This document shows, one piece after another, positions 1-10,186 of a stretch of 64,000 bases of DNA. The DNA is taken from the NCBI GenBank assembly GCA_963828255.1, contig CAWHDZ010000031.1, positions 64,001 through 128,000 on the forward strand, read 5' to 3'. The notes under the pieces were generated by a model. That model saw only the letters and a program-made list of their open reading frames with translations, searched no databases and had not been told where the DNA came from. Origin of the DNA: an uncultured delta proteobacterium. Its GTDB lineage: Bacteria > Myxococcota > Myxococcia > Myxococcales > Anaeromyxobacteraceae. Both the position numbers and the translations under genes were made by a program. Within the stretch, counting starts at the first letter, position 1. Every line of letters starts with the position of its first letter.

Positions 1-425
1 GCAAGGCGACCAAGATCATGGCAGTGGCAGACCGCCATGGCCTTCCTATCGCCGTTGGGATTGCGAGTGGTCAGCGAAATGAGCAGAAGCTCGTCGTTGA
101 AACCCTGAAGGCTCGCTTCGTCGAGCCGTTGCCCGAGAAACTCATCGGCGACAAGGCCTACGACAGCGACCCGCTCGACGCAGAGCTCGCCCAGGTCGGC
201 GTCGAGATGATCTCGCCGCACCACCCTCGACGACGCCGCAAGACCCAGGACGGCCGGAAGCTACGCCGCTACCGTCACCGTTGGCGCATCGAGCGGCTCT
301 TCGCCTGGTTGCTCCGGCAGCGACGACTCGTCAGTCGATGGGAATGGAAGGCCGAGAACTTCCTCGGCCTTCTCCAACTCGCCTGCGCCCAGATCCTCTG
401 GAGGAGGTTCTGAGATGCGTTCTAG
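1..425 (+). mobile_element. IS5-family insertion sequence, 3' part (transposase C-terminal ORF ending at 413; right end near 412-425)
   Basis: Frame open from the window start; motifs LIGDKAYDSD and YRHRWRIERLFAWL are typical of IS5-family DDE transposases; ends GAGATGCGTTCTAG shortly after the stop. Left end lies outside the window. Confidence 0.85.
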
Positions 426-1144
426 TCGTTGCGCTTGTCGCCCCTGTCGTGATCGTCGCGCCTGTTGTCGTGGTCGTCGCGATCCGGCCCGCGCGACTGC
501 ATGTGCGGGCCCTGCCTGCGCAGCTCCTGGTAGGCCTGCTTCACCCTCGCGTCCCGCGGACGGTACTTGTACTGGGTGCCCTGGAGCGCCTGCTGGTGGA
601 TCCACTGCGGGTACTGGCCCCCCGCATACCGCCTCTGGTAGGTGGGGAGCGGAGCGGGCCGAGGCGCCGCCTGCCGGTCCCACCTGTTCCATCCTTTGCG
701 CTGCTGCTGCCATTCCTGGCCCCAGTGATCCCCCCATCGCGGCGCCGCGTCGGCGCGCCAGCCCTGGAAGTACGGCGGGGGCTGCCGGTAGTAGCGGACC
801 GGGACCCGGAGGACGAAGGCAGGAACGCCCTGGGGCGCCACCTGCGCCCACGGGCCGTTGTACCAGGAGCTCGCGTACCAGCTGTCGCCCTGGAAGACCC
901 AGTACATCCCGTCGTAGAAGAAGTAGTTCGAGTTCCCGTCCGGCGCGTAATAGACCGGGTAGCCGGGAACCCGGACCATCTGTGGATATTCCGGCTGGTT
1001 GATGCCGATCTGGACCGCAGGGAGGCCGATCTGCAGGCTGACCTGGGCGACCGCAGTGTCCAGCGGGACGAGCATCAATCCCGCCACGAGGAGCAGGGAA
1101 CCGACCCCTGCCCTTCCCTTCGCGTTCTTGATCGGGGCGGTCAT
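422..1144 (-). CDS. Exported hypothetical protein, Tyr/Trp/Pro-rich with a charged low-complexity C-terminus
   Basis: ATG at 1144, 2 nt after the upstream stop; signal-peptide-like N-terminus (LLLVAGLMLVPLDTAVA); PGYPVYYAP..YFFYDGMYW segment; only the 3' part of the listed 500-aa ORF looks coding. Confidence 0.75.
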   Translation of the reverse strand: MTAPIKNAKGRAGVGSLLLVAGLMLVPLDTAVAQVSLQIGLPAVQIGINQPEYPQMVRVPGYPVYYAPDGNSNYFFYDGMYWVFQGDSWYASSWYNGPWAQVAPQGVPAFVLRVPVRYYRQPPPYFQGWRADAAPRWGDHWGQEWQQQRKGWNRWDRQAAPRPAPLPTYQRRYAGGQYPQWIHQQALQGTQYKYRPRDARVKQAYQELRRQGPHMQSRGPDRDDHDNRRDDHDRGDKRND

Positions 1145-1146
1145 GG

Positions 1147-1683
1147 CTACCCGGTGATGGCGTCGTAGGTGAACTTCTGGCCGCCGACGCTGGCCTCTGC
1201 CATCAGGCCGCCCCTGGCAAGCGTGAAGACCGCCACGCCGTCCTTGTAGACGGCGTCGGCCGAGGCCCCGCTCTTGAGCGCAACCGCGCTCACCTGCGCG
1301 GCCATGGTCCACTCGCCCTTCTTGAAGGATGCGAGGGCCTCGGCGGTCTCGAAGTAGATGATCTCGGAATAGGACTGTCCGCCGATCTGCGCGCCGACGG
1401 TGACCTGGGAGAGCGTGGTCCTGCCCACGGCCTTGCCCTTCTCGAAGACGATGCCCGATCCGCCGGCGCCGCCGATGACCAGCCCACCCTTTGCGACACG
1501 GGGGAACACGGCATATCCGGCTGCGCTGTCGAGGAACTTCGCCTGGCCGGCATCGGCATTCCGGATCTCGGTGCGGGCCTGCTCGGCCTCCTGGACGGTG
1601 GCGTCTGCTGCGTGGACGGCGAGGGGCATCGCCAGGAATGCGGCGAGGCCGGCGACGATGGACAGCTTTCGAGTCACGTTCAT
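1147..1683 (-). CDS. Ysc84/SYLF-like lipid-binding domain protein, exported
   Basis: Signal peptide ending VHA; motifs GYAVFPRVAKGGLVIGGAGGSG, GAQIGGQ, GGLMAEASVGGQKF. Confidence 0.85.
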   Translation of the reverse strand: MNVTRKLSIVAGLAAFLAMPLAVHAADATVQEAEQARTEIRNADAGQAKFLDSAAGYAVFPRVAKGGLVIGGAGGSGIVFEKGKAVGRTTLSQVTVGAQIGGQSYSEIIYFETAEALASFKKGEWTMAAQVSAVALKSGASADAVYKDGVAVFTLARGGLMAEASVGGQKFTYDAITG

Positions 1684-1881
1684 GTGATCGCTCTCTCTCT
1701 GCGGACGTGGTGGGGGTGAGGTGCTTCGACCCGGCGGCCTTCGGACAGCGCCCGCAGCGTCGCGTGGGGTGTGAGGGTGTATGCCGGTTGGTCCGGCTCG
1801 CTGCAGGGGGCATCCGGGTCTGCGGGCTTGCCCCTACGCGCAGGGGGGGCTCGCGCTCGCGGGCGTGGTACGGTCGACCGG

Positions 1882-3546
1882 ATGCAGGCCGCACTGCAGG
1901 GACGGGAAAGGCTCCATGGAGCACTGCGGGTGATGGTCGCCCTCACCGGCCTCCTCATCCACGCCGGGGACCCGAACGAGAGCCCGGGCCGCAGGCCCTT
2001 TGTGCAGGCGGTGCTGCTGCTCTTCCTGGCGTACGCGCTCGTGGCGTACTTCCTGGCGGTTCGCCGCTCCCGACCCGTCCCGGCGTCGGTCGCTCCCTGG
2101 ATCGATCTCGCCTGGGTGACGCTCCTCGTCGCGGTGAGTGCCGGCACCAGCAGCCTCTTCTTTCCGCTCTACTTCTTTCCGATCCTGGAGGCCTCGTTCG
2201 GGCGCGGCTTCCGCTCCGGGATCGTGGTGGTCGTCGTGGCCGCGACCGGATTCGCGGTGGTGGGGTTCGCCACGGCTCCTCGTCATGCCGGGCTCAACCT
2301 CAGCACGTACCTCGTCTCGCCGCTCTACCTGCTCGTGCTCGGATACCTCGCGTCTGTCTGGGGCGCCGTCGAGGTCCGGTCCCGGGAACGACTGGCGCTG
2401 CTCCGGGACGTGACCCGTCTCTCCAATCCGCGGTTTGGCGTCGACCGGATGGTCGGGCGGTTCCTCGAGTCGATCCGCCAGTTCTATTCGGCCGACTCCT
2501 GTCGTCTGGTGGTGCACGAGACCCGGACAGGCCGCCGATGGATCCGGGGCACCCGCCAGGAGGCAACGGGTTCATCCGAGCAGGTGATGCTCCCGGGCAA
2601 ACTGGCCGAGCAGCTACTCCCCGAGCCGCAGGATGCGGCGATCCTCGTCCACGTCCGTCGACGCCCGTGGCACGGGCGCGAGGTCGTCGTGGAACGGCTC
2701 GACGTGGACGGTCACCCCCTCGCCCCCGATGACGCGCGCTCGGCGGAGGCCCTACTCGAGGCGCTCGACGCCGGGGCGGTCCTCTCCGTGCCTTTCCGCT
2801 ACCACGCCAGCGCGATCGGACGCCTCCACGTGGCGCGTCGGGAGCCGCGTCCCTTCGATCGGGTCGAGGCCGAGTTCATGCGCCACGTCCTGGAGCAGGT
2901 CGTGCCGGCACTGGAGAACCTCCGGTTGGTGGACCGCCTGGCCTCCGATGCGGCGGACGAGGAACGCCGCCGCATCGCCCGTGACCTCCACGATTCCGTC
3001 ATCCAGCCGTACCTGGGGCTCCGGATGGGTCTCTCGGCGGCACGCGCGACACTGGCCGCAGGCAGGCTCCAGGAGGGCGAGGCCCAACTCGGACGGCTCG
3101 CCGAGCTGACGGAGGGCGAGATCGAGACGCTCCGAGGCTACGTCCGCGCACTTCGCGGATACGAGGGAGAATCCGGCGGCGGCCTCCTCGATGCCGGCCT
3201 GAGGCGACTGTGCACCCGCTTCTCGGAGGCGACGGGCATCCACGTCGACGCCCAGGTGGAGGGCCAGCCCCTGCACAACGACCGCCTGGCGGCCGAGGTG
3301 TTCCAGATGGTGGCGGAGGCGCTTTCGAACGTCCGGCGCCACACGGCGGCCGCACAGGTGGACGTCCGGATCCGGACGGCCGACAACCGGGTCCTGCTCA
3401 CCGTTTCGAACGACGCCGCCCCGGCGGGGGGCGCATCCTTTCTCCCGCGTTCGCTCGCCGAGCGCACCGCATCGCTGGGGGGGACCCTCCGGGTCGCTCA
3501 ACCGGCTGCCGGCACCACCACGGTGGAGATCGCAATTCCGCTCTAG
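1882..3546 (+). CDS. Membrane sensor histidine kinase, HisKA_3 (NarX/UhpB) type with GAF-like region
   Basis: Several N-terminal TM segments; H-box ERRRIARDLHDSVIQ; N-box EALSNVRRH. Start uncertain (frame open from 1771). Confidence 0.85.
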   Translation: MQAALQGRERLHGALRVMVALTGLLIHAGDPNESPGRRPFVQAVLLLFLAYALVAYFLAVRRSRPVPASVAPWIDLAWVTLLVAVSAGTSSLFFPLYFFPILEASFGRGFRSGIVVVVVAATGFAVVGFATAPRHAGLNLSTYLVSPLYLLVLGYLASVWGAVEVRSRERLALLRDVTRLSNPRFGVDRMVGRFLESIRQFYSADSCRLVVHETRTGRRWIRGTRQEATGSSEQVMLPGKLAEQLLPEPQDAAILVHVRRRPWHGREVVVERLDVDGHPLAPDDARSAEALLEALDAGAVLSVPFRYHASAIGRLHVARREPRPFDRVEAEFMRHVLEQVVPALENLRLVDRLASDAADEERRRIARDLHDSVIQPYLGLRMGLSAARATLAAGRLQEGEAQLGRLAELTEGEIETLRGYVRALRGYEGESGGGLLDAGLRRLCTRFSEATGIHVDAQVEGQPLHNDRLAAEVFQMVAEALSNVRRHTAAAQVDVRIRTADNRVLLTVSNDAAPAGGASFLPRSLAERTASLGGTLRVAQPAAGTTTVEIAIPL

Positions 3547-3559
3547 GATCGAGGATGCT

Positions 3560-4210
3560 TTGAATCCCACCCGCCTGTTCGTCATCGACGATCACCCCGT
3601 CCTCCGGGAGGGCATCAAGATGCTCGCCGAGTCGGCCGGGGACGTTCACGTCGTCGGCGCCAGCGCCAGCGCCAGCGGTGCGATCGACTCGCTGGCGCGA
3701 CTCGAGCCCGACGTGGTGCTCCTGGACCTCGATCTGGGCGAGGAGGACGGGCTGGCCTGGCTCCCCCGCCTGGCCCAGGCGGCGCCCCGGGCGGCGATCC
3801 TGATCCTCACCGCCCTGCGAGACCGCGCCCGGGACGAGGAGGCCCTGCGCGCCGGTGCGCGCGGGCTCCTGCTCAAGGACGCTCCCCCAGACGTGCTCCT
3901 GAAGGCGATCCGATCCGTCGCCGCAGGTGCGCTCTGGTTCGATCCGCGGTCCCTCGCCGCCCAGCGGGCCGAGCCACCCTCCGTCCCGGAACCGGCCGGG
4001 ATCCTGGATCTCACCGCGCGTGAACGTGACGTCGTCGCCCTGGTCGCGGAGGGGATGCGGAACGAGGAGGTCGGACGCCGGCTCGGGATCTCCGAGAAGA
4101 CCGTACGCAACCACCTCACCGCCGCCTTCCAGAAGCTGGGTGTCTCGGGGCGACTCGAACTGGTCCTCCTGGCGGCCCGGCACGGGCTATCCACCGGCCG
4201 GCGGCCCTGA
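3560..4210 (+). CDS. NarL/LuxR-family response regulator
   Basis: Receiver motifs VIDDH and VLLD; LuxR HTH LTARERDVV..GISEKTVRNH; TTG start with GAGG RBS. Confidence 0.93.
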   Translation: MNPTRLFVIDDHPVLREGIKMLAESAGDVHVVGASASASGAIDSLARLEPDVVLLDLDLGEEDGLAWLPRLAQAAPRAAILILTALRDRARDEEALRAGARGLLLKDAPPDVLLKAIRSVAAGALWFDPRSLAAQRAEPPSVPEPAGILDLTARERDVVALVAEGMRNEEVGRRLGISEKTVRNHLTAAFQKLGVSGRLELVLLAARHGLSTGRRP

Positions 4211-4246
4211 TCGCCTCGACGGCGTGCCAGCCTGAATCCAGGACGA

Positions 4247-4414
4247 CGGGACGTTCGTCCCGGTAGCTGGAAGAAAATTTGCGGACCTGCAGATAAATAC
4301 TCTTGAATATCATTGCATTGAGTGTTTGACGCAGCGGTTGCGCGCATTTGTCGCGCCGAGACTTGCCCGCTTTGTCCCGGCGTGCTATTGGGACAGTATA
4401 GGTCAATTGTCCCG
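4247..4414. promoter_or_regulatory. Cluster of 7-2-7 inverted heptamers, candidate response-regulator operators
   Basis: Perfect CGGGACG-TT-CGTCCCG at 4247-4262; TAGGTCA-AT-TGTCCCG at 4399-4414; half sites at 4349-4355, 4373-4379 and 4389-4395, in an AT-richer intergenic region. Confidence 0.55.
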
Positions 4415-4473
4415 GTATCGATATTCCAGATCGAAATCTCACCCAGCCTTCAAGCCACTTCGAGGTGCACCCC

Positions 4474-4647
4474 ATGAAGACTTCCGCCACACGCATCGCC
4501 ATCGCAACCGCCGGCACCAGCCTCGCCACCTCAGCCCAGGCCGCCGAGACAACCTATGCCGGGATGAGTGTCGCGGCGTGGGGCTCGGTTCTCGCCGTCC
4601 TCGGCGTCGTCCTCGCCCTCGTATGGGTCTACAAGAAGACCAACTGA
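4474..4647 (+). CDS. 57-aa small protein: signal-peptide-like leader, one TM helix, basic tail
   Basis: GAGG RBS at 4462-4465; GC-biased codons; AQA|AE cleavage-like site; hydrophobic helix then KK; GC hairpin follows the stop. Confidence 0.7.
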   Translation: MKTSATRIAIATAGTSLATSAQAAETTYAGMSVAAWGSVLAVLGVVLALVWVYKKTN

Positions 4648-4699
4648 TCGGGCCTGCTCGCAAGGCGAGCCCGCACGCTGCAGGTAGGGGGGCCGCGGC

Positions 4700-5044
4700 T
4701 CAGATCACCTTGAGCCGCGCCCACCTGCTCCCGAGCCTCAGGCCTACCACGCCGGCCAGGATCAGCGCCGCCGATCCCACGCGGAGGGCAGTCGCCGCGT
4801 CGCCGAAGAAGAAGATGCCGACCGTGAACGCACCCACCGCGCCGATTCCCGTCCAGACCGCATAGGCGGTCCCCATCGGGATGGTCCGCTGCGCGAGGAA
4901 GAGGAGCACGCCGCTCGCGATCATGCAAAGGACCGCGAAGGCGATCCAGGTCGCGCGAACGCCCGAGGTGGTCCAGCCGAGTTTGAGGCCGATGGGCCAG
5001 CCGATCTCGCAGATGCCCGCAAGGAGGAGAAGTGTCCACGCCAT
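4700..5044 (-). CDS. sugE: SMR-family transporter, SugE/Gdx type
   Basis: MAWTLLLLAGICEIGW (membrane Glu) and IPMGTAYAVWTGIGAVG motifs; four TM segments. Confidence 0.85.
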   Translation of the reverse strand: MAWTLLLLAGICEIGWPIGLKLGWTTSGVRATWIAFAVLCMIASGVLLFLAQRTIPMGTAYAVWTGIGAVGAFTVGIFFFGDAATALRVGSAALILAGVVGLRLGSRWARLKVI

Positions 5045-5097
5045 CCGGGCAGGGAAGCAGAGCGCCTCGCCCGGTTGCGCCTCACCCGCGCCGCGGC

Positions 5098-5903
5098 TCA
5101 GCGCCCGAGCGCCTTCGCCAGCGACGCCACGAACCTGCGCACCCGCTCCGCCCGCGCCTTGCGCGCGCCCCCCTCGGCGACGCGCTGGACGATGGCGCTC
5201 CCCACCACGACCCCGTCGGCGATCTTGCCGACCGCCCGGGCCTGCGCCGGCGTTCCCACGCCGAAGCCCACCACCACCGGCACCGGGCTGCGCTTCCGTA
5301 CCGCCTTCACCTTCGCGCCCAGGTCGGCGGGGAGCGAGGTCCGCGCCCCGGTGACGCCGGCCACCGACACGAAGTAGACGAAGCCGGTGGCGGCGTCGCA
5401 GGCGGCCGCCACCCGGGCAGGCGTGGAGGTGGGAGCGAGCAGGAAGACCAGCTTCACGCCCCGTGCAGCGGCGGCGGCGCGAAACGGGCCGGCCTCCTCG
5501 GGCGGAAGGTCGGGCAGGATGAGCGCGTCCACGCCGGAGGCGACGCAACCGTCGAGGAAGCGCTCCTCGCCGTAGGCCAGCACCGGGTTCACGTAGCCCA
5601 TGAGGGCGATGGGGACGGGGGTGCGCTTCCGGACCTCGGCGGCGAGCTTCAAGCAGGAGGCGATGGTGGTGCCGGAGGCCAGCGCCCGCTCCCCCGCCCC
5701 CTGGATGGTCTTGCCGTCGGCGATGGGGTCGGAGAAGGGCATCCCGATCTCGAGGATGTCGGCGCCGCCGGCGGCGCAGGCGAGCGCCATGTCGCGGGAG
5801 GTGGCGAGATCGGGGTCGCCGGCCATGACGTAGGTGACCAGCGCAGCGGTGCCGCGATCCGAGGCGGCGCGGAAGGCGTCGGCGATGCGGTCGGGAGCCG
5901 GGG

Positions 5904-5907
<4 letters not shown>
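5098..5907 (-). CDS. trpA: Tryptophan synthase alpha chain
   Basis: [32 protein letters not shown] motifs; TTG start overlapping the trpB stop. Confidence 0.97.
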
Positions 5908-7186
<1,279 letters not shown>

Positions 7187-7190
<4 letters not shown>

Positions 7191-7810
7191 GGGATGAGGA
7201 CCTCGCGCACGGCGGTGACGAACCGGAGCATCCGGTCGGCGTCTTTCACTCCGGGTGACGACTCGACGCCGCTGGCCACGTCGACGGCCCAGGGGCGCAC
7301 GGCCCGGACGGCGTCGGCGACGTTCTCCGGTGTGAGGCCACCGGCCAGGATCACCGGCGCCGCCTCGGAGACCCCCTCGGCGAGCGACCAGTCGAAGGGA
7401 AGCCCGGTCCCGCCGTAGCCGCGCGACGGCGTGTCGAGGAGGAAGGCCTGGACCTCGTAGGAGAGGAGCTTCGAGAGGGTCGAGACCTGGTCGACCGGGA
7501 CGGCCTTCACCACGGGCAGGGGCAGCCGGGAGCAGAGCTCGGGCGGCTCGTCGCCGTGCAGCTGGAACACCTGGATGCCGGTCTCGGCGGCGATGGCGCG
7601 CATCTCCCCCTCGGACTGGTTCACGAAGACCCCTACCGGGGTCACGAAGGGCGGCAGGCGGGCGATGATCTGCCGGGCCGCGGCGGCCGTGACGTGGCGC
7701 TTCGACTTGGGCCAGAAGTTGAAGCCCAGTGCGTCGGCGCCGAGCCGGGAGGCGAGGAGCGCGTCCTCGATGCGGGTCACGCCGCAGATCTTGATGCGCA
7801 CGAACCTCAT
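7187..7810 (-). CDS. trpF: Phosphoribosylanthranilate isomerase
   Basis: [36 protein letters not shown] at 7810 overlaps the trpC stop. Confidence 0.96.
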
Positions 7811-8592
7811 CGCGCCGCCGCCATCTCCGCCAGGAGGACGCCCGGGTCGGGCGCGCGGACCAGCGCCTCGCCCACCAGGAAGTTCGCCGCCCCGGCGCGG
7901 CGCAGCCGGGCCACGTCGGCCGCGGTGCGGATGCCGCTCTCGGCGACGCCGCGCACCGCGGCCGGGAGCGCGGCCAGCACGACCTCGCTCGCCGAGAGGT
8001 CCACCCGGAAGGTCCGGAGGTCGCGGTTGTTGACCCCCACGATGCGGGCTCCGGCGCGGACCGCCATCTCCGCCTCCGGGAGGTCGTGGACCTCCACCAG
8101 GGCCGAGAGCCCGAGCGCGGCGCACTCGTCCAGGCGCCGGCGCAGGAGGTCGCCCGGGAGGGCGGAGACGATGAGCAGGGCTGCGTCCGCGCCCCAGGCC
8201 CGGGCCTCGAGGAGCTGGTAGCGGGAGAGCACGAAGTCCTTGCGGAGCAGGGGCACCTGGACCCGCGCCCGGGCGGCGGCCAGGTCGTCGAGGGAGCCCC
8301 CGAAGCCGGGGCCGTCGGTGAGGACCGAGACGGCGGCGGCTCCCGCGGTGGCGTAGCGTGCAGCCTGGGCCGGGGCGTCGAGCCCGGAATCGATGGCGCC
8401 GGCCGAGGGACTGGCCCGCTTCACCTCGGCGATGATGCGGACCGGGCCGCCGGGGGGCGAGAGGGCGTCCTCCAGCCGGCGCGGGCGCGGTGTGTCGAGG
8501 GCCCGGGCCTCCAGCTCCGGCTCGGAGAGCACCGCCCGGCGCTCCTCCACCTCGCGCGCCTTCCTTGCGAGGATCTCGGCCAGGATGGTCAT
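7807..8592 (-). CDS. trpC: Indole-3-glycerol-phosphate synthase
   Basis: [37 protein letters not shown] at 8592. Confidence 0.96.
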   Translation of the reverse strand: MTILAEILARKAREVEERRAVLSEPELEARALDTPRPRRLEDALSPPGGPVRIIAEVKRASPSAGAIDSGLDAPAQAARYATAGAAAVSVLTDGPGFGGSLDDLAAARARVQVPLLRKDFVLSRYQLLEARAWGADAALLIVSALPGDLLRRRLDECAALGLSALVEVHDLPEAEMAVRAGARIVGVNNRDLRTFRVDLSASEVVLAALPAAVRGVAESGIRTAADVARLRRAGAANFLVGEALVRAPDPGVLLAEMAAAR

Positions 8593-9596
8593 GCCCGGCT
8601 CACGGCGGCGAGCCGCTCGAGCTTCTCCGCGGCGGCGCCCCGGTCGATGGAGTCGGCGGCGAGGAGGACCCCGCTGCGCAGGTCGGGCGCAGCCCCCGCG
8701 GCGACCAGGGCGGCCGAGGCGTTGGCCAGCACCGCGTCGCGCGGCGCGCCCTTCGCGCCGGAGAGGACGTCGCGGGTGATGCGGGCGTTCTCCTCGGCGT
8801 CGCCGCCGGCCAGCGCCGCGGCGGGCCAGCGCGGGAGCCCCAGCTCCTCCGGCGTGATCTCGAAGGTCCGGACCGCCCCGTCCTTCACCTCGGCCACCTG
8901 GGTGACCCCGGTGACGGCGATCTCGTCGAGCCCCTCGCCGTGGACCACGAAGGCGTGGACCGAGCCCAGTGCGGCGAGCACCCCGCCGATGACGGGCACC
9001 CAGCGTGGCTCGTAGACCCCCATGACCTGGTGCCGTGCACCGGCCGGGCTGGCCAGCGGCCCGAGCAGGTTGAAGACGGTGCGGATGGCCAGCTCGCGCC
9101 GGATGCCGGCCACCGCCTTGAACGCGGGGTGAAGCCGGGGTGCGAAGAGGAAGCCGATGCCCACCTCGGCGATGCAGCGCTCCACCCGCTCCCGGGGCGC
9201 ATCGACGTCCACGCCCAGCGCGGCGAGCACGTCGGCCGATCCGCACCGGGAGGAGACCGAGCGGTTGCCGTGCTTCGCGACCACCACGCCGGCGCCGGCC
9301 ACGGCGAAGGCCGCGGTGGTGGAGATGTTGAAGGTGTTCTGTCCGTCGCCGCCGGTGCCGCAGGTGTCCACGAAGACCGCCTGATCCACCCGGACCCGCT
9401 CGGCGCGCTGCCGCATCACCTGGGCGGCGCCGGCGATCTCCTCGACCGTCTCCCCCTTGAGCCGCAGCGCGGCCAGGAAGGCGCCCACCTGGGCCGGCGT
9501 GGCGCCGCCGTCGGCGACCTCGCCCATGAGCTCCACCATCTCCGCGCGGGAGAGGTCCTTCCCGGCGACGAGCCGCCCGATGGCCTGCACGATCAC
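8589..9596 (-). CDS. trpD: Anthranilate phosphoribosyltransferase
   Basis: DTCGTGGDG, NISTT, KHGNRSVSSRCGSAD. Confidence 0.97.
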   Translation of the reverse strand: MIVQAIGRLVAGKDLSRAEMVELMGEVADGGATPAQVGAFLAALRLKGETVEEIAGAAQVMRQRAERVRVDQAVFVDTCGTGGDGQNTFNISTTAAFAVAGAGVVVAKHGNRSVSSRCGSADVLAALGVDVDAPRERVERCIAEVGIGFLFAPRLHPAFKAVAGIRRELAIRTVFNLLGPLASPAGARHQVMGVYEPRWVPVIGGVLAALGSVHAFVVHGEGLDEIAVTGVTQVAEVKDGAVRTFEITPEELGLPRWPAAALAGGDAEENARITRDVLSGAKGAPRDAVLANASAALVAAGAAPDLRSGVLLAADSIDRGAAAEKLERLAAVSRA

Positions 9597-10186
9597 GGCC
9601 GCCTCCCGGCCCGCACGCGGGCCAGCCAGTTGCCCAGCAGCGCCTTGCCGTGGCCGGTCAGCACCGACTCCGGGTGGAACTGCACGCCCTCCACGTCGAG
9701 CTTGCGGTGGGAGAGTCCCATCACCTCGCCCTCGCGCGTCCAGGAGGTCACCGACAGCACCCGGGGGAGCGAGGAGCGCTCGACCACCAGGGAGTGGTAG
9801 CGCCCGGCCTCGAACGGGGAGGGGATCCCGGAGTAGATCCCGTCGCCGCGGTGGAGCACCGGGCTCGCCTTCCCGTGGACGATGCGCTCGTTGCGGATCA
9901 CCTTGCCGCCGAAGGCCTGCCCGATGGCCTGGTGCCCCAGGCAGACGCCCAGGATGGGCAGCGACCCGGCGAGCTCCCGGATGGCCGTGAGGCTCACGCC
10001 CGCCTCGTCGGGGGTGCAGGGGCCGGGCGAGATGACCAGACCGTGCGGGCGGAGCTTCTCGATCCCGGCCACGTCGATGGCGTCGTTGCGGAAGACGCGC
10101 ACGTCTGCGCCCAGCTCGCCCAGGTACTGGACCAGGTTCCAGGTGAAGGAGTCGTAGTTGTCCACGAGGACGAGGCGCGGCTTCAC
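9593..10186 (-). CDS. trpG: Anthranilate synthase component II (glutamine amidotransferase)
   Basis: VDNYDSFT, SPGP, GVCLGHQ, GVQFHPES; GTG at 10186 overlaps the trpE stop. Confidence 0.96.
   Translation of the reverse strand: MKPRLVLVDNYDSFTWNLVQYLGELGADVRVFRNDAIDVAGIEKLRPHGLVISPGPCTPDEAGVSLTAIRELAGSLPILGVCLGHQAIGQAFGGKVIRNERIVHGKASPVLHRGDGIYSGIPSPFEAGRYHSLVVERSSLPRVLSVTSWTREGEVMGLSHRKLDVEGVQFHPESVLTGHGKALLGNWLARVRAGRRP

Noticed and set aside
4474..4647. Filamentous prophage around the pVIII-like peptide
   Set aside because: No Zot/pI ATPase, replication initiator, integrase or other small structural genes are nearby.
5045..5097. Guanidine riboswitch upstream of sugE
   Set aside because: Only 53 nt are available. 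A CCGGGC..GCCCGG hairpin loosely recalls class III, but I see no paired ACGR loops or downstream pseudoknot partner. An Rfam scan would settle it.
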